The notes beneath the pieces are model-generated. The model had not been told where the DNA came from. It ran no database searches and saw only the letters and a list, made by a program, of their open reading frames with translations. Positions 28,980-39,221 of a stretch of 64,000 nt of DNA are shown here, in pieces (position 1 is the stretch's first letter; the number at the start of each line of letters is the position of its first letter). Origin of the DNA: an uncultured Ignavibacteriales bacterium (GTDB lineage: Bacteria > Zixibacteria > MSB-5A5 > GN15 > FEB-12); the NCBI GenBank assembly GCA_964557855.1, contig CAZLBP010000004.1, positions 75,149 through 139,148 of the forward strand. Reading direction: 5' to 3'. Position numbers and translations under genes: made by a program.

Positions 28980-30067
28980 TGCTGTACCATTTACTTTATC
29001 CCCTGACAAGTGAGATCTCCGGCTTCAATATCTTCCGGTACATTACGTTCCGCACGGCCGGCGCCGCCGCTACCGCCATCATTATCTGTCTTATCCTGGG
29101 TCCCTTCTTCATTAACCTGCTCCGGAAATACAACGTGCGCGAGAAAATCCGTGCGGAAGGTCCCGCGACCCATCAGCAGAAAGCCGGCACGCCGACAATG
29201 GGCGGCCTGATTATTCTGGCCGGAGTGCTCATACCCACTCTGCTCTGGGCTGATCTCAGCAATTTCTATGTCCTGCTGGCGCTGCTGGTGACGGCGTGGT
29301 TGGGCTTGATCGGGTATATGGATGATTACCTGAAAGCCATCAAAGGGGAACCGAAAGGCATGGTGGCTCGGAAGAAGCTGGTCGGCCAGGTGACGCTGGG
29401 CGTGTTGTTCGGCGTCCTGCTCGTTTATGTAGCTCCGGCGGAACTGTTCGATGGTACTACCAGTATCCCGTTTCTGAAGAACTACGTGCTGGCGTTGGGA
29501 CCGCTGTATATCCCGTTTATGATTCTGGTCATTACCGGCTCGTCGAATGCGGTTAACCTCACCGATGGCGCGGACGGTTTAGCCATTGGTTTATGTGGAC
29601 TCTGCTTCGTGGCTTTTGGGGGGATCGCCTATGTGACGGGACGCATGGACTTTTCCAGTTATTTGCAAATCGACTATCTGCCCGGCAGCGGCGAGCTGAC
29701 CGTCTACTGCGGAGCGGTCGTGGGTTCGGCACTGGGCTTTTTGTGGTTCAACAGTCATCCGGCGCAGGTATTCATGGGAGACACCGGTTCGCTGGCGCTG
29801 GGCGGGGCGCTCGGTGCGATCGCTATTATGCTCAAGAAGGAATTGCTGCTCGTGATTGTGGGCGGAGTATTCGTTATTGAAGTGCTGTCGGTCGTGATTC
29901 AGATTTTATCCTATCGCTACCGAGGCGGCAAACGCGTGTTCAAAATGGCGCCTATTCACCATCATTTCGAGCTGCTGGGATGGCCCGAGTCCAAGGTGGT
30001 CGTGAGGTTCTGGATCGTGGGCGCCCTTTTCGCTCTGATGACACTGGCAACTTTGAAGGTACGATGA
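28979..30067 (+). CDS. mraY: Phospho-MurNAc-pentapeptide transferase
   Basis: KAGTPTMGG, NAVNLTDGADG, FMGDTGS, MAPIHHHFE. Confidence 0.97.
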   Translation: MLYHLLYPLTSEISGFNIFRYITFRTAGAAATAIIICLILGPFFINLLRKYNVREKIRAEGPATHQQKAGTPTMGGLIILAGVLIPTLLWADLSNFYVLLALLVTAWLGLIGYMDDYLKAIKGEPKGMVARKKLVGQVTLGVLFGVLLVYVAPAELFDGTTSIPFLKNYVLALGPLYIPFMILVITGSSNAVNLTDGADGLAIGLCGLCFVAFGGIAYVTGRMDFSSYLQIDYLPGSGELTVYCGAVVGSALGFLWFNSHPAQVFMGDTGSLALGGALGAIAIMLKKELLLVIVGGVFVIEVLSVVIQILSYRYRGGKRVFKMAPIHHHFELLGWPESKVVVRFWIVGALFALMTLATLKVR

Positions 30068-31455
30068 CGGCTGAAGAACGCATAAGAGACCGTAAGATCG
30101 GAATCGTGGGTATGGCCCGTTCCGGAATCGCGGCCGCGCAACTGGCCGCCCGGCTGGGCGGAAAGCCGTTCGTTTCCGATTACAGACGCGCCGAGCTGCT
30201 GACCGGTCCGTGTCGCCTGTTGGAGGAGGCCGGGATATCTTATGAAACCGACGGTCACACGGAGCGGCTGCTGTCTTCGGATTATGTGGTGTTGTCTCCC
30301 GGTGTGTCGCTTGACAGCAAGATCGTCCGGAGCATCAGTCAGACGGGGTTGCCGATCTTCTCCGAGATCGAATTCGCCTCCTGGGTCTGTCGGGGTCTGG
30401 TAGTGGCGGTGACCGGTTCCAATGGTAAGACGACGACTACAACTTTAATCGGTGAAATGCTTACCGCCGCCGGGCTGGAGGCGTTCGTGTGCGGCAATAT
30501 CGGTCGGCCGTTCTCGGAGGTGGCGGACCGGATTCCGTCCGGGGGCGCCGCAGCGGTAGAAGTGTCGACGTTTCAGCTGGAGACTATCGCGGATTTCAAA
30601 CCGAATGTGGCGCTCATTCTCAATTTATCGGAGGATCACCTGGACCGACATGGGAGTTTCGAGGCGTATAAGAGGCTCAAGTACCGTATTGCCGAGAACC
30701 AGACGGCGGAAGACTACCTGATACTTAATCTGGACGATGCGATTCTCTCGCAAGACGTTATAGAAACGTCGGCACAAAGACGCTATTTCTCCGTCGAGCC
30801 TGAAGACGAGGCGATGACTTTCGTGCAGGAGGAAAGACTTCGCCGGCGGAGCGGAGACACGGTACAGGATGTCGTCGGGGTCGATGAGATCCGTATTCCC
30901 GGCCCCCACAACCTGCAGAATGCCGCGGCGGCGGTGGCGGCCGTATCGCTTCTTGAAGTGCCGAGCGGCACGATGGCAGAGGTGCTGCGTTCCTTTCCCG
31001 GTGTGGAGCACCGGCTGGAGTGGGTGCGGAATTATCATGGCGTGGATTTCGTGAATGACTCCAAGGCCACCAACGTTAACTCGACGTGTTTTGCCCTGCG
31101 GTCCATCAAATCTCCACTGTACCTGATCGCCGGTGGCCGGGACAAGGGAGCCGGATACGAGCCTCTTATCGAGTACGGCCGGGATAAGATCCAAGCGGTC
31201 GTAGTGATCGGCGAGGCACGGGCGAAAATACACAACGCCCTGGGGCGCGAATTCCAGGTGATCGAGACCGACTCGCTGGAAGAGGCGGTGCATATCTGTT
31301 TCGACATGGCGTTCCCCGGCGAGACCGTGTTGCTGTCGCCGGCCTGCGCCAGTTTCGATATGTTCGAGGATTTCGAGCACCGGGGGCGAGTGTTCAAAGA
31401 AATTGTCATGAGATTGAAGAATGGTAAAACGAACGACAAAAGCGTTACCTCATAA
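30064..31455 (+). CDS. murD: UDP-MurNAc-Ala:D-Glu ligase
   Basis: SPG, GSNGKTTTT, DHLDRH, NDSKATN, SPACASFD. Confidence 0.97.
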   Translation: MTAEERIRDRKIGIVGMARSGIAAAQLAARLGGKPFVSDYRRAELLTGPCRLLEEAGISYETDGHTERLLSSDYVVLSPGVSLDSKIVRSISQTGLPIFSEIEFASWVCRGLVVAVTGSNGKTTTTTLIGEMLTAAGLEAFVCGNIGRPFSEVADRIPSGGAAAVEVSTFQLETIADFKPNVALILNLSEDHLDRHGSFEAYKRLKYRIAENQTAEDYLILNLDDAILSQDVIETSAQRRYFSVEPEDEAMTFVQEERLRRRSGDTVQDVVGVDEIRIPGPHNLQNAAAAVAAVSLLEVPSGTMAEVLRSFPGVEHRLEWVRNYHGVDFVNDSKATNVNSTCFALRSIKSPLYLIAGGRDKGAGYEPLIEYGRDKIQAVVVIGEARAKIHNALGREFQVIETDSLEEAVHICFDMAFPGETVLLSPACASFDMFEDFEHRGRVFKEIVMRLKNGKTNDKSVTS

Positions 31456-32533
31456 CCGAGGCCTCGATGAGAGGCTGTTGGCGGCCTTTCTGCTCATCGT
31501 GCTGGTCGGTCTGGTTATAGTCTACTCGACGTCATTCATGATCGCCGAGAGTCGTCATGACAGTAATGTCCATTTCTTCATGCGCCAATTGCTGTGGATG
31601 ACGGTATCATTGGCCGCCGTCACGTGTATTTGTCGCGTCGATTTGCAGCGGTATGCTTTCTACTCGGTACCGTTTTTGATCGCCGTTGTCGGACTGCTGG
31701 GCCTGGTGTTCCTCATGCCGCCTCGCAATGGCGCGCACCGATGGATTATGCTGGGATCGTTCACCTTGCAGCCTTCGGAACTGCTCAAGGTCGTGTTCGT
31801 TTACTACCTCGCTTTTTCAATGTCCAACCGCGATCGCAATATCGCTAACTTACGAGGCTTGCTGCTGCGGTATGTACCCGTAATAGGTCTCCCGCTGGCG
31901 CTGGTTCTGCTCGAGCCGGATCTCGGGACCACCATAGTCATTTTCGTTACGGTAATCGGAGTCTTCTTTCTGGCCGGGGCGAGAATCAAACACATGATGA
32001 TGGCGGCCGTGCCTCTCGTTTCGGCCGCGGCGGTATTGGTCTTCGGCTTGGGGTACAAGAAAGCGCGGGTGCTTGATTTCCTGGCGGCGATCGTCGACCC
32101 GTTGCAAGGGAGTTATCAGTCCAAGCAGGCGGCCCTGACGCTGGGCGCCGGCGGACTGCTCGGCAGTGGGTTGGGCGAGGGGCGGCAGAAGCTGTTCTTC
32201 CTGCCTTTCCCGCATACCGACTTCGTCTTCGCCGCGGCCGGTGAAGAGATCGGGCTCCTGGGGACGTTTTCTGTTCTGGGGCTCTGGTTGTACTTACTGC
32301 TGCGCGGTCTCAAGATCGCCTACGGACAGCCGGACCGGTTCGGCTACCTGCTGGCAGCGGGGATGGTGTTGTCTTTGTTCGTAAATATGAGCATCAACGT
32401 CGGCGTGGTAACCTGTTTGTTGCCGGTGACGGGATTGCCGATGCCGTTTATGTCATACGGCGGGTCGTCGCTGCTGGCGTCCTGTATCGCGGTGGGTGTG
32501 CTGCTGAACCTGTCTCGAAGGGTGGTCCGATGA
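31421..32533 (+). CDS. ftsW: SEDS peptidoglycan polymerase
   Basis: NGAHRWI, QPSE, EPDLG, HTDF, SYGGSS. Confidence 0.95.
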   Translation: MVKRTTKALPHNRGLDERLLAAFLLIVLVGLVIVYSTSFMIAESRHDSNVHFFMRQLLWMTVSLAAVTCICRVDLQRYAFYSVPFLIAVVGLLGLVFLMPPRNGAHRWIMLGSFTLQPSELLKVVFVYYLAFSMSNRDRNIANLRGLLLRYVPVIGLPLALVLLEPDLGTTIVIFVTVIGVFFLAGARIKHMMMAAVPLVSAAAVLVFGLGYKKARVLDFLAAIVDPLQGSYQSKQAALTLGAGGLLGSGLGEGRQKLFFLPFPHTDFVFAAAGEEIGLLGTFSVLGLWLYLLLRGLKIAYGQPDRFGYLLAAGMVLSLFVNMSINVGVVTCLLPVTGLPMPFMSYGGSSLLASCIAVGVLLNLSRRVVR

Positions 32534-33672
32534 TTCGCTCTCAGCGGATACGCATTCTGTTCGCCGGGGGCGGTACCGGCGGGCATCTATTCCCGGCCAT
32601 CGCCATTGCGGACCGCCTCCGTGAGCTCCTGGCCTCCACAGCGGACACAGATATCCTATTTGTCGGTACGCGACGCGGCCTGGAATACCGAATGCGCGAC
32701 AAACTCGGCTATCCGTTGCACGTCATAAACGTCCGAGGCCTGGCGCGCTCGCTGACGTTGAAGAACCTCCTGGTACCGTTCGTGTTCATCACGGCTTTGT
32801 TGAAATCCCATTTCCTGCTGCGCAGGTACCAGCCGGACATCGTGGTCGGCACGGGCGGTTATGTTTCCCTGCCGGTACTGAAGACGGCAAACTGGAAGCG
32901 GATTCCGACGGTCGTGCAGGAGCAGAATTCGTATCCGGGCATCAGCACGCGCCAGCTGGCCAGGGATGCCCGGCGGATTTACCTCGGTTTCGAAGGAGCG
33001 CGCGCCGGTTTGCACGCCGGCGACAGAGTGCTGGTGACCGGTAATCCGGTGCGCCGGACGATAGCCGACGGCAACCGAGAGAAGGCGTTGGCCGAGTACG
33101 ATCTCGATCCGCGGAAGAAGACGGTGCTGGTAATCGGCGGCAGCCAGGGAGCCCGGGCGATCAACAACGCCGTAGTGACGAGTCTGCGGCAGAACCCCCT
33201 GCCGGACGGCTATCAATTGCTTTGGCAGACGGGCGTGACCGATTTCGCCGGATTGCGGGACTCGATCGGGGAACGCTCCATCCGGATAAAGCTGGTAGCG
33301 TTTGTCAATGATATGGAGACGTTCTATGCCGTCGGGGATATCGCGATCGCCCGCGCCGGGGCGCTGACGCTGGCGGAACTGACGGCTTGTGGCATTCCGG
33401 CCGTTCTGGTTCCCTATCCGCACGCGGCCGGTAATCACCAGCGCAAGAACGCCCTTTTCCTGCAGGAGAGAAATATGGCGCATGTTATCGATGAAAGTCG
33501 GTTGTCGCAGACGAACATACTGCAGGAAACCATCAGTATTATGGAGTCCGACCGGTACGACCGGATGAAGCGGTCACTGGTGGATGAAACGGTCGGCAAG
33601 AGACCGGCGGTGGACGTGATTGCCGAAGACATCATCGCATTGATAGAAGAAAGGCGAAAGGCTGAGGCTTGA
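32530..33672 (+). CDS. murG: Lipid II GlcNAc transferase
   Basis: GGGTGGH, GGYVS, EQN, GNPVR, GGSQGA, RAGA. Confidence 0.97.
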   Translation: MIRSQRIRILFAGGGTGGHLFPAIAIADRLRELLASTADTDILFVGTRRGLEYRMRDKLGYPLHVINVRGLARSLTLKNLLVPFVFITALLKSHFLLRRYQPDIVVGTGGYVSLPVLKTANWKRIPTVVQEQNSYPGISTRQLARDARRIYLGFEGARAGLHAGDRVLVTGNPVRRTIADGNREKALAEYDLDPRKKTVLVIGGSQGARAINNAVVTSLRQNPLPDGYQLLWQTGVTDFAGLRDSIGERSIRIKLVAFVNDMETFYAVGDIAIARAGALTLAELTACGIPAVLVPYPHAAGNHQRKNALFLQERNMAHVIDESRLSQTNILQETISIMESDRYDRMKRSLVDETVGKRPAVDVIAEDIIALIEERRKAEA

Positions 33673-33731
33673 GAATAACACAACGGGAACACATCGCTCC
33701 GGCTCGGAGCGGGTTTGGACATAGAGATTTT

Positions 33732-35105
33732 ATGTTCGGGAAGATAAGAAAACTATATTTCGTCGGCATGGGCGGGGCCGGCATGTCCGGTATCGCGGAG
33801 ATACTGTTCAATCTGGGATTCCAGATCAGCGGGTCCGATTGCGTTCCGAGCGACGTTACCGATTACCTGTCCGCGCTCGGCATCACGTTCTATCCCGACC
33901 ACAAGCCGGAGCATCTGGCTGACTCCGAAGTCGTGGTCATATCCTCGGCGGTGGGGGAGAATAACCCGGAAGTGGTCGAGGCGCGCCGTCGGGGTATTCC
34001 CGTGATCAAGCGGGCGGAGATGCTGGGGGAACTGATGCGTCTGAAGTTCTCGATCGGCATAGCCGGCACGCACGGTAAAACGACAACAACATCCATGATT
34101 GGCAAGATCCTCCAGCTCGGCGAATACCAGCCTACGATCATAGTCGGCGGCATCGTAGCCGAGCTCGGCACGGGTGCCGCGCTGGGCAGCGGGGAGTATT
34201 TGGTGGCCGAGGCGGACGAGTACGATAAGTCGTTCCTCGCGATGTTTCCATCGATGGCGGTAGTCACCAATCTGGAACCGGATCACCTGGATTGCTATGA
34301 CGGGATGCCTGATCTGATCAATTCGTTCCTGACCTACATGAACCGAGTGCCGTTCTATGGTTCGGTGGTTGTCTCCGCGGACGACGAACGGCTGACGAGG
34401 CTTCGTGATAAACTCACCCGACCATATGTCACTTTCGGTATGGCCGTCGAGGCCGATTACCGAGCCGTCAATATCGACCTGCAAGAGACGCAATCGAGGT
34501 TCAATGTCTTCCACAAGGGTGAATTACTGGGTGAAGTGACGCTGCGAGTGCCGGGCGGGCACAATGTCGCCAATGCGCTGGCCGCGCTGGCCGCCTGCTG
34601 TGAGCTCGACGTGCCCTTCGAGACCATCGTCGCCGGCCTGCGGTCGTTCAGTGGTGTCGGCCGACGCTTCGAGATCGTCGCCGACGTCAATGACGTGCTT
34701 GTAGTCGATGATTATGCCCATCACCCGACGGAGATCCGGGCGACCCTGAAAACCGCCAAGGAAGTCTACAGGCGGCGGACGACGGTTATATACCAGCCGC
34801 ACCTGTACAGCCGGACACGAGATTTCGCCGAGGAGCTGGCGGCTGCCCTCGCGCCGGCCGACAACTGCCTGCTGGTCGAGATCTATCCGGCTCGGGAGAA
34901 ACCGATACCGGGAGTGACGTCGGAGCTCATAAAAGAGCATGGTCAGGCGCTGGGCAGAGGCAACTTCACGTGTGTCGGCGTCAAGGAACGGGCCGTTGAC
35001 GCCGTCGCGGAGCTGGTGAGACCCGGAGACATGGTCATTCTCATGGGTGCCGGCTCGATTACGCTCATCAAGAAAGATATCGTGGAGGCGGTCAAGAAGA
35101 TATGA
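33732..35105 (+). CDS. murC: UDP-MurNAc:L-Ala ligase
   Basis: GMGGAGMSG, GTHGKTTT, EADEYD, DDYAHHPTE; TTG33669 is an alternative start. Confidence 0.97.
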   Translation: MFGKIRKLYFVGMGGAGMSGIAEILFNLGFQISGSDCVPSDVTDYLSALGITFYPDHKPEHLADSEVVVISSAVGENNPEVVEARRRGIPVIKRAEMLGELMRLKFSIGIAGTHGKTTTTSMIGKILQLGEYQPTIIVGGIVAELGTGAALGSGEYLVAEADEYDKSFLAMFPSMAVVTNLEPDHLDCYDGMPDLINSFLTYMNRVPFYGSVVVSADDERLTRLRDKLTRPYVTFGMAVEADYRAVNIDLQETQSRFNVFHKGELLGEVTLRVPGGHNVANALAALAACCELDVPFETIVAGLRSFSGVGRRFEIVADVNDVLVVDDYAHHPTEIRATLKTAKEVYRRRTTVIYQPHLYSRTRDFAEELAAALAPADNCLLVEIYPAREKPIPGVTSELIKEHGQALGRGNFTCVGVKERAVDAVAELVRPGDMVILMGAGSITLIKKDIVEAVKKI

Positions 35106-35827
35106 TTCGGCAGTCGCGAAAGATCTCGTTCCTCCTCTTTGGTTCAATGGCGGCAGGCATCGCAGCATTCGCAGTCGTAAACTTCAGCGATGCCTGCCAC
35201 CTGAAACAGGTACGCCTGAATGGCGCCGTTGTCGAGGACTGGCCGGAGCGCTGGCAGCTTCTGCCGCAGCATTCGTTGTTCGACCAGCCGGTCGACAGTC
35301 TCGCGACCTGCCTGTTGCGAGACCGTGAGGTCCTGAAGGTGGAGATGGATATCAAGCTGCCCCATACGCTGGAGATTCACACCAACCGGTTCGATCCGAT
35401 ATGTTTTGTCCATGATCCGCAAACGGGCGAAATCCTGGGATTGAACCGTGAGGTCTGTCTGATCCCTCTCGATCCCGACATGGTCGATTGGGAACGTCCG
35501 CTGCTCGTGGGGATGGATGACTGCCGTCTTTATCAGCGCCAGAGCCATCCACGATATACACTCCTGTGCGACCGCCTGGACCGGCTGGCGCGGCGACATA
35601 TGGATTTGTTTCGGCTCATTGAGGAGCTGGATGTGACCCATCCCGGTCATGTGTCGGTGCGGTTGGCCGGTTTGCCGTTCAATCTCCGTATGCGGGTGGA
35701 ACGGCTGGACGAAGATCTGCAGCGGTTCGTGGAATTCATGGAGCAGTTCAATCCCGATCTCAATGACGTCCGATACGTTGACTTACGTTTCGAGGAAATG
35801 ATCATCTGCGCCAAAGAGGATGCGTGA
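35102..35827 (+). CDS. ftsQ: Cell division protein FtsQ/DivIB-like
   Basis: Lies before ftsA; N-terminal TM, POTRA-like LPHTLEI, C-terminal YVDLRF. Confidence 0.8.
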   Translation: MIRQSRKISFLLFGSMAAGIAAFAVVNFSDACHLKQVRLNGAVVEDWPERWQLLPQHSLFDQPVDSLATCLLRDREVLKVEMDIKLPHTLEIHTNRFDPICFVHDPQTGEILGLNREVCLIPLDPDMVDWERPLLVGMDDCRLYQRQSHPRYTLLCDRLDRLARRHMDLFRLIEELDVTHPGHVSVRLAGLPFNLRMRVERLDEDLQRFVEFMEQFNPDLNDVRYVDLRFEEMIICAKEDA

Positions 35828-37052
35828 CGTGAACCGGGAAAACATTAAAGCGGCCCTGGATATCGGTACTTCCCGGATCACGGCCCTGGTGGGTGAGATG
35901 GACAGCGACGGTCGGGTGTATGTAATCGGTCACGGGTCGAGGCCGGCGGACGGATTGCGGCGCGGCGTGGTGGTTGATATGGAAAAGGCGGTGCAGTCCA
36001 TACAAGGAGCCGTCACCGATGCGGCCATGGTCTCGGGAACCGAAGTGGATCGTGTGACGGTCGGTATCGCCGGGGAGCACATTCGCTCCATCAACAGCAG
36101 CGGTGTCATAGCGGTCAACCGGGCCGACAACGAAATCACGGAAGCGGACGTCGCCAAAGTGCTGGAAGCGGCGCGCACAGTGGCCATACCCGTGGACCGC
36201 GAAATAATCCACGTCGTGCCTCAGGAATTCGCGGTAGATGAACAGGCGGGCATCAAGGACCCGGTGGGAATGACCGGAGTCCGGCTGGAGGTGGAAGCGC
36301 ACATCGTCACCGCCTCGGTCACCACGGCCCGCAACCTGTATCGCGCGCTGGAACGTTGTCGTCTGGATCTGGATCATATTGTCCTGGAATCATTGGCCCA
36401 GGCCGAAACGTTGTTGTCGGCCGAGGAGATCGAAAGCGGCACGGTCGTGGTGGATATCGGGGGAGAGTTGTCCAACATTTCGGTTTACTATGACGGCGCC
36501 ATTCGACATACGGCCGTGATTCCGCTGGGCGGGAAGAATGTGACCAACGATATTGCCATCGGCTTGCGCACGACCGTGGACGAGGCCGAGGCTATCAAGA
36601 CCGGGCATGGTGCGGCCTTGAGTTCGATGGTCGATCCGGAAGAGATGATTCCCGTCAAAACGGCCACGGCCGGGGAAAGGAGGCCAGTGTCCCGGCACGT
36701 GCTGGCCTCGATCATCGAGCCGCGCATGGAGGAAATATTCTCTCTTATAGTCCGTGTTATCAAGCAGGCCCAGATTCCCGACGTGTTGACCGGCGGACTG
36801 CTGCTCTGCGGCGGCGGCGCCTTGTTGCCGGGCACGGTGAACCTGGCGGAGCAGCTGCTCGATATGCCGGTGCGAATAGGCCGGATTCGGCATATCGAGC
36901 ATACGCCCGACGAACTGCAAAGCGTGCGTTATGCCACCGTTCACGGCCTGCTGCGCTACGCCTTTCTCAACGAACCGGACACAGCCGAAGGCACCGGCTT
37001 CTTCGGGAGGCTACTCAAGAAGTGTGAAAGATGGATATCGAAGCAATTCTAA
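35820..37052 (+). CDS. ftsA: Cell division protein FtsA
   Basis: LDIGTS, GLRRGVV, VDIGG, GGKNVTNDI, GGGALL. Confidence 0.97.
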   Translation: MRDVNRENIKAALDIGTSRITALVGEMDSDGRVYVIGHGSRPADGLRRGVVVDMEKAVQSIQGAVTDAAMVSGTEVDRVTVGIAGEHIRSINSSGVIAVNRADNEITEADVAKVLEAARTVAIPVDREIIHVVPQEFAVDEQAGIKDPVGMTGVRLEVEAHIVTASVTTARNLYRALERCRLDLDHIVLESLAQAETLLSAEEIESGTVVVDIGGELSNISVYYDGAIRHTAVIPLGGKNVTNDIAIGLRTTVDEAEAIKTGHGAALSSMVDPEEMIPVKTATAGERRPVSRHVLASIIEPRMEEIFSLIVRVIKQAQIPDVLTGGLLLCGGGALLPGTVNLAEQLLDMPVRIGRIRHIEHTPDELQSVRYATVHGLLRYAFLNEPDTAEGTGFFGRLLKKCERWISKQF

Positions 37053-37079
37053 CATAGAAGGACCCAGGAGGAACTGATT

Positions 37080-38333
37080 ATGACTGAGAACAAACACTCG
37101 TTCACGTTTTCCGAAGATTACGTAAACCGGGCCGATATCAAAGTGGTCGGTGTCGGCGGCGGGGGCGGAAATGCCATCAACCGCATGATTGAGGCCGGGC
37201 TGAAAGGCGTGGAATTCATTGTGATTAATACCGACGCCCAGGTGCTGGAACAGAACCGTGCCGACAAGAAAATCCAGATCGGGTGCCAGTTGACCAACGG
37301 TCTGGGAGCGGGCGCCAATCCGGAAGTGGGCAAGGCGGCCATGGATGAAAACCGTCAGGACGTGGCGGCGACGCTGGGGACGCCCCATTTGGTCTTTATT
37401 ACGGCCGGGATGGGGGGCGGCACCGGCACCGGGGCGGCTCCGGTCGTGGCGGAAATCGCCAGGCAGTCGGGCGCGCTGACGGTGGCCATCGTGACGAAGC
37501 CCTTCCGGTTCGAGGGCGCCCATCGCATCAACCGGGCGAACAACGGACTCAAAGAACTGCGCAGCAAAGTCGATACATTGATCACTATTCCCAACGAGCG
37601 GCTTCTGCAGATTGTCGACAAGCGCACGACCCTGTCTCAGGCCTTTGCGACGGCCGACGAGGTCCTGCACCAGGCCACCAAGGGCATTTCGGATCTCATC
37701 ACCATTCCCGGGCTGATTAACTGTGATTTCGCCGACGTGCGCACGGTGATGCTGGAGCGCGGGGATGCGCTTATGGGCACCGGTTACGGGCAGGGCGAAG
37801 AGCGGGCCGTCGACGCTGCGCAACAGGCCATTTCGTCACCGCTGCTGGAAAGTGTGTCGATCAGCGGCGCTAAGGGAGTGCTCATCAACGTCACCGGCGG
37901 TGAGGACATGACGCTGTTCGACGTCAACACCGCCACGTCCCTGGTATATGAAGCGGCCGGCGAGAACGCCAACATCATATTCGGCGCCGTGATCGATCCC
38001 ACGATGTCGGAACAGATGCGGGTCACGGTCATTGCCACAGGCTTCGGTGATCAAGAAGCGGTAGTTACAGAAAAGAAGCAGGAACAGCAGCCGGCGCCGC
38101 GACCGACGGGGAAGCCGATGTCGCTGTTTCCGGAGACATCGGTACCGGCCGGCCGTCCCCAAACCGTAACCGAGGCGGAGCCGGAAGCGGCATACGCCGG
38201 GGCGCCGCCAAAAGAGACATCTCGATACGACGAGGACAACGGCAACGGCAACAACGGTAAGAATCGGGTCCCTCTCTTTTCTGAGGCGGACCGGACTATC
38301 CCGGCGTACATACGCCGCCTAAATGATAGATAA
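37080..38333 (+). CDS. ftsZ: Cell division protein FtsZ
   Basis: GVGGGGGNA, GGGTGTG, NCDFAD, C-terminal IPAYIRR. Confidence 0.98.
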   Translation: MTENKHSFTFSEDYVNRADIKVVGVGGGGGNAINRMIEAGLKGVEFIVINTDAQVLEQNRADKKIQIGCQLTNGLGAGANPEVGKAAMDENRQDVAATLGTPHLVFITAGMGGGTGTGAAPVVAEIARQSGALTVAIVTKPFRFEGAHRINRANNGLKELRSKVDTLITIPNERLLQIVDKRTTLSQAFATADEVLHQATKGISDLITIPGLINCDFADVRTVMLERGDALMGTGYGQGEERAVDAAQQAISSPLLESVSISGAKGVLINVTGGEDMTLFDVNTATSLVYEAAGENANIIFGAVIDPTMSEQMRVTVIATGFGDQEAVVTEKKQEQQPAPRPTGKPMSLFPETSVPAGRPQTVTEAEPEAAYAGAPPKETSRYDEDNGNGNNGKNRVPLFSEADRTIPAYIRRLNDR

Positions 38334-38451
38334 GGAGATACATAAGAAAGTACACAAGAAAATATCCCTGTCTCACCCACGGTGAGAAGGGAGAACAAAA
38401 AAACAAAAAACCAACGTGAGAGCAGACTGGCTTCTGCTGCTTGGTTCCTCC

Positions 38452-38494
38452 GGAATACCGTCGGTTAAACTACCCTGCCGACGGTATTTCTTTG
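38452..38494 (+). terminator. Intrinsic terminator after ftsZ
   Basis: Stem AATACCGTCGG / CCGACGGTATT followed by T-rich tail. Confidence 0.7.
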
Positions 38495-38525
38495 TCTCGT
38501 CTGGAATCGGCCGTGTCAACCCTGA

Positions 38526-38922
38526 CTACAAAGTCAAATGAACTCTCGGTCCGACCACCAGCGCATGGTCCGTTCTCCCCACTTTGAGAGTAACCGGGAC
38601 CGATTCCGAACGAGCTGTTGATAAACGTGTCGGCTCGTTCAATGACATCGAACCCCGCATTAAGGTCATTCAGGCCGACCAGGCAGTCAAGATCGAGGGA
38701 GATGGGCGTGAGCCACTTATGCAATTGAACCGTCTTTTGATCGATACCACCCTCCAGATTAGAGAACGCCTCACCGGAATAAACCAGTCCGAACTGCAGT
38801 TCCTTTTCCTCCAGAGAAGCACGTTATTCTGCAAATCCTGATCGGCCGGCGTTGTCAACCGCATCGGCATAACCGCCAACGGCTGCCTCCAGAATAAGCA
38901 GTAAGCTGACTACATGAATCAT
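38526..38922 (-). pseudogene. Collapsed carbohydrate porin (OprB-family) pseudogene
   Basis: Signal peptide, in-frame TAA (38824-26), then LVYSGEAFSNLEGG...LDLD, DLNAGFDVIE..FINSSFGIGP.YSQSG.NGP, and frameshifted terminal strand DHALVVGPRVHLTL*. Confidence 0.7.
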
Positions 38923-39221
38923 CACATATCGAATAACAGGGTTTTTCGTACTCTTCTTGTTCTCGTCGTATGAAACACTGGTTGTCAGGTTCCGACATTG
39001 CCGACAATGAAATGTCGAACGATCAGAAAACGCAACCTTCAAATCGGGCGGGTATGCCCGACAGTCGATACTACATAGGCGGAGCCCCACAATTGCGTCC
39101 GCCGAGGACGCTCCTCGTGATTGATAATATATTGAGAAACATGGACTTAGAGGAAGTCCGCGGGCAGGTATGGATGATGCTTGTGCTGAGGTCAGGCAGT
39201 CCCTGGGTTTACGAAAGACAG

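Noticed and set aside
38342-38419. Short ATA-initiated ORF after AAGGAG downstream of ftsZ
   Set aside because: Non-canonical start, short SD spacing, low-complexity product
39000-39007. GCCGACAA as a sigma28 -10 box
   Set aside because: No TAAA -35 element at the expected spacing
38970-39221. N-terminal extension of the flagellin ORF
   Set aside because: No flagellin similarity; contains promoter-like and hairpin UTR features
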